From the NCBI GenBank assembly GCA_964577025.1, contig CAZNVT010000001.1, forward strand, positions 1,135 to 62,295: a stretch of 61,161 bases of DNA, written 5' to 3'. A program made the translations under genes and the position numbers. The first letter of the stretch is position 1; every line of letters starts with the position of its first letter. Of the stretch, positions 56,273 to 61,161 are shown piece by piece. Origin of the DNA: an uncultured Candidatus Saccharibacteria bacterium. GTDB lineage: Bacteria; Patescibacteriota; Minisyncoccia; Phycocordibacterales; Phycocordibacteraceae. The notes under the pieces are model-generated. The model had not been told where the DNA came from and made no database searches. It saw nothing but the letters and a program-made list of their open reading frames with translations.

Positions 56273-56473
56273 TCAGCTTTTCCTCTCATTCAGGTCGGTA
56301 CTGTGGTCTTCGGTCGTGCTGAGGACCGTGTTCCAAAAGATCTTCCAGCACCTGGCGATGACGTCTCCGTAGACGATGAGAACGAGGACCAGCGCGAGGA
56401 TACTGGTGATCAGCCATGTCTCCCACGGAGCGCGTTGCAGCAGGTGCGTCGCTTGTTCAGTGACTTCTTTCAT
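56273..56473 (-). CDS. 66-aa single-TM small protein
   Basis: ORF with one TM (WLITSILALVLVLIVYG), coupled to the downstream 37-aa ORF. Confidence 0.45.
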   Translation of the reverse strand: MKEVTEQATHLLQRAPWETWLITSILALVLVLIVYGDVIARCWKIFWNTVLSTTEDHSTDLNERKS

Positions 56474-56551
56474 TGGTGTCTCCTCCCACGTGCGACACTA
56501 CCATCTCTGCTATTTTTGACAATACAACTGGAGTTTATACAATATAGATAT

Positions 56552-57115
56552 ATGACTACGCTATACATTGGTATTGGAGTGCTTGTGGTGCTCGCTGGGT
56601 TTATTGGGCTTTCGTATAACGGGTTTGTTGCAAAGCGCAATCAGGCCAAGGAAGCATGGGCAGACATCGACGTGCAGTTGAAGCGTCGCTGGGACCTTAT
56701 CCCGAACTTGATGAACACCGTGAAGGGATACGCCGCACACGAGGCGTCTGCATTTGAGAAAGTGTCAGAGGCTCGCGCTGCAGCTATGGGTGTGGGAGCG
56801 ACAGCTACTCCAGCTCAGCATGCGGCTGCTGAAAATATGCTGACCGGGGCACTGAAATCAGTCTTTGCTATTGCTGAAGCGTATCCAGACCTCAAAGCAA
56901 ATGAGAACTTCCTTCAGCTCCAGAAAGAGCTTGCAGATACCGAGGACAAAATTCAGGCTGCGCGCCGCTTCTACAACCAGACCGTTATGTCGCTTAACAC
57001 CTCTGTTGAATCATTCCCAGGCAACATTATTGCAGGAGCATTTGGATTCAAGAATATGGACTTGTTTGAGCTGGCAGAAGCTGCTGCACGCGAGCCCGTG
57101 GCAGTATCGTTCTAA
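56552..57115 (+). CDS. lemA: LemA family protein
   Basis: ATG at 56552. N-terminal TM, YNGFVAKRNQAKEAWADIDVQLKRRWDLIPNL, RRFYNQTV. Confidence 0.9.
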   Translation: MTTLYIGIGVLVVLAGFIGLSYNGFVAKRNQAKEAWADIDVQLKRRWDLIPNLMNTVKGYAAHEASAFEKVSEARAAAMGVGATATPAQHAAAENMLTGALKSVFAIAEAYPDLKANENFLQLQKELADTEDKIQAARRFYNQTVMSLNTSVESFPGNIIAGAFGFKNMDLFELAEAAAREPVAVSF

Positions 57116-57117
57116 CC

Positions 57118-57435
57118 ATGTTGAAACAAGCTCAGGAGGAGATTCACGCCTGGGTAAGTGACTACAAAGTTCCCTATTGGTCACCGCTTTCGCAATTTGC
57201 ACGCCTTGCTGAAGAGGTGGGCGAGCTTGGGCGATTGCTAAATCACCTATATGGCGACAAACCAAAAAAGGAGACCGAGGCACGACAAGAACTCGGGAAG
57301 GAAATTATGGACGTGATGTTTACCGCAATGTGTTTGGCCAACGCACACGATATAGATCTCGATGAAGAGTTCAAGGCCACTATGGAAAAGTGCAGAACTC
57401 GAGACAAGGACAGGTTTGAAAAGAAAGACGCATAG
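57118..57435 (+). CDS. MazG-like nucleotide pyrophosphohydrolase
   Basis: LAEEVGELGRLL...ELGKEIMDVMFTAMCLAN EExxE motifs. 105 aa. Confidence 0.8.
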   Translation: MLKQAQEEIHAWVSDYKVPYWSPLSQFARLAEEVGELGRLLNHLYGDKPKKETEARQELGKEIMDVMFTAMCLANAHDIDLDEEFKATMEKCRTRDKDRFEKKDA

Positions 57436-57451
57436 CATCGTCTTACTACGT

Positions 57452-58339
57452 ATGGCTTCTACTCTCTACCAACAGCGCTCAATGAATACCTGGAGAACCG
57501 CTTTTCTTATGGCGGGCTTCTTAGCCATTGTTATTGCTATTGGGTACGCGGTGTCGTGGTACTACCAGTCTCCAGGACTGCTCTACGTGGCTATGGCATT
57601 TGCAGTGGGTATGAACGTGTGGAGTTTCTGGTTTAGCGACAAGCAGGTGCTCACGATGACGGGCGCACGCCCTGCCAGTCGCGAGGAGTTTTTTGACTTC
57701 TACACCGTCACAGAGAATATGGCGATTGCGGCCGGGCTTCCTATGCCAAAGCTCTACGTAATAGAGGACGCTGCGCCAAACGCGTTTGCCACCGGGCGTG
57801 ATGAAAAGCATGCGGTAGTAGCAGCTACCACGGGCTTGCTCGCCATGCTTGATCGTCAGGAACTCGAGGGAGTGATTGCGCACGAGCTCTCACACATACA
57901 AAACCGTGACATGTTGGTGATGACGGTGGCGGTAGTGCTCGCAGGATTCCTCGCCATACTCGCTGACATATTCCTGCGAATGTCGTTTAGTGGTGGAAAT
58001 CGAGATGATAATCGCGGAGGACTCTTTATGATTCTTGCGATTGTGGGAATCGTGCTCGCACCTATTGCGGCACAACTTATTCAGCTGGCTATTAGTCGTC
58101 GTCGCGAATTCCTCGCCGATGCCTCTGGTGCACTGCTGACCCGCTACCCCGAAGGACTTGCTCGCGCACTGCAAAAAATTAGTGGGTATGACGCGCCTAT
58201 GCAGCGCACCAGCCACGCTACGGCACACCTTTTCATAGCCAATCCCTACGGACCAAAAGCAATGAACTTTGTGAACGGGCTCTTTGCCACCCACCCTCCC
58301 GTGGAGGCACGCGTGAAGGCACTCCTCGGCACAGGTTAG
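57452..58339 (+). CDS. htpX: zinc metalloprotease HtpX
   Basis: ATG at 57452. HELSHIQNRD (HExxH), 4 TMs, C-terminal THPPVEARV. Confidence 0.92.
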   Translation: MASTLYQQRSMNTWRTAFLMAGFLAIVIAIGYAVSWYYQSPGLLYVAMAFAVGMNVWSFWFSDKQVLTMTGARPASREEFFDFYTVTENMAIAAGLPMPKLYVIEDAAPNAFATGRDEKHAVVAATTGLLAMLDRQELEGVIAHELSHIQNRDMLVMTVAVVLAGFLAILADIFLRMSFSGGNRDDNRGGLFMILAIVGIVLAPIAAQLIQLAISRRREFLADASGALLTRYPEGLARALQKISGYDAPMQRTSHATAHLFIANPYGPKAMNFVNGLFATHPPVEARVKALLGTG

Positions 58340-58377
58340 TCAGTCCTTACAACTCAGCCCGAAAAAATTTCAACGCG

Positions 58378-58411
58378 CATCAAATATAGCGATGCATCGC
58401 TATATTTGATG
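58378..58411. promoter_or_regulatory. 34-bp perfect palindrome sharing its core with the 58823-58850 palindrome
   Basis: CATCAAATATAGCGATG|CATCGCTATATTTGATG, between convergent htpX and the TrpR-like gene. Confidence 0.6.
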
Positions 58412-58416
58412 TTTCA

Positions 58417-58818
58417 TCAGTTTCTATTTCTGCGCTTCTTAATCACGTAGGCGCGAGGAGGAAGTCCACCGCGCACCACTTTCTCAATACTCTGTACAAG
58501 CTCAACGTGTTTGCGTCTATCTCTAAGCAGTTTCTCAACAGATGGAAATGCGCCACGAACAAGTAGTCCGTGCAGGCGCTTGCTCGTTGATACACTCACG
58601 CCCAGACTCTGCTGTATGCGGTAATACGACTGATCGTCCACAAGCATAAGAATTGTTGCTAAACGTTTTGAAAGCATCAGCCGCTCTACATCGGTAAGTA
58701 GCTCATCAAAAAGAGCTCGAGAGTGGCTACGGTCAATTGCAAATAAAGCACTGTTCATTTGCTCCGCAACCTCATTTCTAGTCTTAGGGTCTAATTCCAG
58801 CTTGCCCACTTGTGCCAT
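58417..58818 (-). CDS. TrpR/YerC-YecD-like DNA-binding protein
   Basis: LTDVERLMLSKRLATILML...SYYRIQQSLGVSVSTSKRL HTH region. ATG at 58818 (MAQVGKLE) preferred over 58839, which lies inside the palindrome. Confidence 0.7.
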   Translation of the reverse strand: MAQVGKLELDPKTRNEVAEQMNSALFAIDRSHSRALFDELLTDVERLMLSKRLATILMLVDDQSYYRIQQSLGVSVSTSKRLHGLLVRGAFPSVEKLLRDRRKHVELVQSIEKVVRGGLPPRAYVIKKRRNRN

Positions 58819-58822
58819 ACCG

Positions 58823-58850
58823 TAATTATAGCGATGCATCGCTATAATTA
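58823..58850. promoter_or_regulatory. 28-bp perfect palindrome with TATAAT on both strands (candidate operator / divergent promoter)
   Basis: TAATTATAGCGATG|CATCGCTATAATTA, 5 nt upstream of the TrpR-like start and about 50 nt upstream of tRNA-Ser. Confidence 0.6.
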
Positions 58851-58900
58851 AGAGGAGTGGGTGGGGAAAATGGTGCGCGTTGTGGTATAAGAAATGTACC

Positions 58901-58985
58901 GGAGGCGTCTCATAGCGGTCTAGTGAGCACGCTTGGAAAGCGTGTGCGGGGAAACCTGCCGAGGGTTCGAATCCCTCCGCCTCCG
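58901..58985 (+). tRNA. tRNA-Ser (anticodon GGA), CCA not encoded
   Basis: Acceptor GGAGGCG/CGCCTCC. Anticodon stem CACGC/GCGTG with loop TTGGAAA. Long variable arm. T arm GAGGG-TTCGAAT-CCCTC. Discriminator G. Confidence 0.9.
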
Positions 58986-59051
58986 CCCGAAGTACTTAAT
59001 ATCGGAAGACCCGAGTACTCAAAGATTCATATTCAAGCTACAATACCTAGT

Positions 59052-59741
59052 ATGATTTCCTTCTTCGGAAAGATATTTACCTCAATAACGATTGGTATAT
59101 CGTCGCTTTTCGGGGTTCATTCGATCGTCCCGGAGGCAGTAGCACCGATCAGTACAAGTACGCAGGCGGTAACAACAGCACCAGAATCCAGCACTGAAAT
59201 AGCTAATCCCGGCACGATAGAACCAACAATGAAAGTTGCTCCGAAGAGTGTGGTTCCTGCTCCAATGCCAATTTCGAGTCCGGCTAAGGAGACATCTACT
59301 CAGGCCACAACTTCGGCCGCTCCGGTGTCAAATACAACTCAAGCGCAGAAACCCGAGCCAGTTTCCATTCAGAAAACGCCAGTAGCACCAATTCTGAAAG
59401 TAAAAGTAACCGCAAACCCTGTAACAGTTGAGTACGGCGGTACTTCGGTTATCAGTTGGGTTGCTACAGACGCTTTGTCATGCACACTAGGATCTTCTCC
59501 TGTTCTTCTTGCTGTTACAGGCTCTCAGTCAGTAAGCCCGACTAATCCAGATTGGTCGAAATCAAATAAGACCACTTACACCGTTACCTGTACTGGTGCA
59601 GGTGGTTCTGCTTCTGGAGAAGCAGCCGTGACTGTTCAGTCGTGGAAGCCTTCTGTTGAATGCCAGAAAGCATTCGATGGATACTATTATCGCAATGAAA
59701 TAACTCTAAATCCAACATTCTGTAGCAAGATGGAAATGTGA
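59052..59741 (+). CDS. membrane-anchored secreted protein with Ser/Thr/Pro-rich linker and C-terminal beta-rich domain
   Basis: ATG at 59052 (MISFFGKIFTSITIG). The ORF-track start at 58857 runs through tRNA-Ser and is rejected. Confidence 0.6.
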   Translation: MISFFGKIFTSITIGISSLFGVHSIVPEAVAPISTSTQAVTTAPESSTEIANPGTIEPTMKVAPKSVVPAPMPISSPAKETSTQATTSAAPVSNTTQAQKPEPVSIQKTPVAPILKVKVTANPVTVEYGGTSVISWVATDALSCTLGSSPVLLAVTGSQSVSPTNPDWSKSNKTTYTVTCTGAGGSASGEAAVTVQSWKPSVECQKAFDGYYYRNEITLNPTFCSKMEM

Positions 59742-59761
59742 ATTAAGAAAACGAATAATCC

Positions 59762-60088
59762 ATGAGCGAAACAAGCAGCACTCTTTTGATAGTTATATCT
59801 ATACCGTTCTTAACGGTGATTATTTGCTGGATTGCGCTCATGGCGACAATGCACAAAACTACCGGAGAGTTGAAGCATTGGTTGACGCCGGACAATCTTG
59901 TAAAAGGTATTGCCATTATATTTGTCATTACCGCAGCGCTTGCCCTTGGAGTTCTCCAAATTCTGGAGGGCGATGTAATTGCTACAATTCTCAGCGGTAT
60001 CATTGGCTATACTTTGGGCACCTCCTTTCCATCTCCGAAAACTAAGCCTGACCCGAGTGCCTCAAAAGATGCAGAGGAAAGCCTCTAA
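59762..60088 (+). CDS. small 3-TM membrane protein
   Basis: 108-aa ORF with three hydrophobic helices. Confidence 0.5.
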   Translation: MSETSSTLLIVISIPFLTVIICWIALMATMHKTTGELKHWLTPDNLVKGIAIIFVITAALALGVLQILEGDVIATILSGIIGYTLGTSFPSPKTKPDPSASKDAEESL

Positions 60089-60100
60089 AGCACCCTTACG

Positions 60101-60169
60101 GTGTCTCATCGTCCTAGTACTGAACCCGAGTAGCCCGCACTTGACAAAATAGTTCAGTGGTGATAATAT
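60101..60169 (+). promoter_or_regulatory. degenerate copy of the cassette junction motif fused to a strong promoter
   Basis: GTGTCTCATCGTCCTAGT..(15 nt)..CCCGCAC-TTGACA, 17 nt spacer, TAATAT. Compare GTGTAATCACGTTCCTAGTCCCGCAGCA-TTGACC at 13450. Confidence 0.55.
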
Positions 60170-60175
60170 ATACCT

Positions 60176-60292
60176 ATCTTTGAAGTGAGCTGTTTACGGC
60201 TTACAACTGGCCTCGTGCTGGAACTTTTTACAACTAGGCCGTAAACAATTCATTTCAACGCAAAACGCCCCGTACCCGCGGGGCGTTTTGCG
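60176..60292 (+). ncRNA. candidate small RNA bounded by promoter and intrinsic terminator
   Basis: 10-bp helix TGTTTACGGC/GCCGTAAACA encloses duplicated TTACAACT(G/A)GCC. Terminator AAAACGCCCCG-TACCCG-CGGGGCGTTTTG. No ORF. Confidence 0.45.
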
Positions 60293-60310
60293 TTGCGGTA
60301 CTATACCGGT

Positions 60311-60772
60311 ATGAAACGCATCAAAATACTTGCGATAGTGCTCGGAGTGGTGTGGGCGCTTTTGCTCGTTGCATTTGTCGTGCTGTCTATCAAACTTTCT
60401 AGCGCACAAAGGGAAGCGCGTACTGCGCCAGCACTGCAGTTTGAAATAGTGCGATCATTCGAAGAGCAGTCGCGCGGGCTAAGTGGGCGAGCAGACATAC
60501 CGCACCAGTACGGAATGTTGTTTGTATTTCCGGAGCCGCAACTCGTGTCGTTTTGGATGAAAGATATGCTCGTGCCCATTGATATACTGTGGCTTAGTGA
60601 CGACGGCACGGTACTTGGTATTGAGGAGTCGGTGAGCCCAGACAGCTTCCCTGCTACCTACAAACCACCGGTGCCGGTCCGTCTCGTGCTTGAAATGCGC
60701 GCAGGGGAAGCGCGCCTTCTTGGCATCACAAAGGGAAGTCGTATAGTACTTCCGGCAGACTGGCAGAACTAG
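60311..60772 (+). CDS. DUF192 (COG1430) domain protein, membrane-anchored
   Basis: ATG at 60311. GLSGR...MLFVF...FWMKDMLVPIDILWLSDDGTVLGI. Confidence 0.8.
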   Translation: MKRIKILAIVLGVVWALLLVAFVVLSIKLSSAQREARTAPALQFEIVRSFEEQSRGLSGRADIPHQYGMLFVFPEPQLVSFWMKDMLVPIDILWLSDDGTVLGIEESVSPDSFPATYKPPVPVRLVLEMRAGEARLLGITKGSRIVLPADWQN

Positions 60773-60792
60773 TACTTCGTGGTATAATAGCG

Positions 60793-61136
60793 AAGGACTG
60801 GTTCAGGCGATCGCTGTAGCTTCTTTCGAGAATGTTATAGAGGAAAGTCCGAACACAGGCAGTGCGAAAGCATTGATCAGCCGGGTAGCGGGTAACGCCC
60901 GTCCGCAGTAATGCGCGAGGTGCGAACAGTGACGCTTGACGCGAAAGCAACAAGCATCTCTTCGAGATGAATTTCTATGGCGACATAGAAAATGAAACGG
61001 CTAAATCCTTACCTCTGTGCAAGGCCGTGTCCAGCTTCGGCTGGAAGTGCCGCTCGAGGCGGTTGGTAACAATCGTCCCAGATAAATGGTCGTCCGTGGC
61101 TTGCCACGACAGAATTCGGCTTATCGAGCCAGTCAA
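60793..61136 (+). ncRNA. rnpB: RNase P RNA (bacterial type A)
   Basis: GAGGAAAGTCCGAACAC, GGTAACGCC, AGATAAATGG, ACAGAATTCGGCTTAT. P1 pairing GACTGG/CCAGTC. Extended -10 TGGTATAAT at 60780-60788. Confidence 0.88.
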
Positions 61137-61161
61137 AAACAATTATGTGAAATCCGCCTCT

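Noticed and set aside
58857-59051. N-terminal 65 aa of the 294-aa ORF
   Set aside because: It reads straight through tRNA-Ser(GGA). The true start is most likely ATG 59052, which begins a TM anchor.
58986-60146. Possible island integrated at tRNA-Ser, bounded by ACCCGAGTA repeats (about 59008 and 60125)
   Set aside because: Only a 9-nt match, not derived from the tRNA 3' end, and no integrase. It is insufficient on its own.
60194-60953. Minus-strand ORFs 60194-60409, 60301-60609 and 60726-60953
   Set aside because: The first overlaps the sRNA candidate and terminator, the second is antisense to the DUF192 gene, and the third lies inside RNase P RNA.

Overview
61 kb chromosomal segment of a small-genome bacterium. 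By inference only, gene content and protein architectures resemble Patescibacteria/CPR (Parcubacteria-like). The standard bacterial code applies: UGA is used as a stop and an RF2 gene is present. Most of the window is tightly packed housekeeping: prfB, ftsEX, pyrG, typA, a DEAD-box helicase, RNase J, secG, groES/groEL, lemA-mazG-htpX, mltG and RNase P RNA. There is also a loose set of redox-repair genes (dsbA, VKOR, msrA, msrB, bcp, FMN reductase), two HhH-GPD glycosylases and an RND efflux pair. RNA genes I can support are tRNA-Gln(CUG), tRNA-Ser(GGA) and rnpB. The most unusual region lies downstream of tRNA-Gln. A heavy-metal resistance cluster (6.4-12.4 kb) is followed by two GC-richer promoter-ORF-terminator units (12.5-14.4 kb), one encoding an unrecognised 195-aa protein and one an orphan ClpP-like protease. 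Each unit ends in a roughly 150-nt structured element that reproduces every helix strand of the tRNA-Gln acceptor/T-arm minihelix. The two copies show compensatory base changes. Degenerate junction copies lie at 12.5 kb and 60.1 kb. Other notable items: an alphaproteobacterial-type GcrA gene in a GC-rich patch, and a dispersed 65-80 nt 3'-of-gene repeat family (5 copies). Twin perfect palindromes flank a TrpR/YerC-like regulator next to tRNA-Ser. There is also a promoter-to-terminator bounded sRNA candidate and a 140-nt extended inverted repeat upstream of an MFS transporter. I saw no CRISPR array, rRNA, transposase or integrase. All calls come from reading the sequence and ORF translations; no database search was run.
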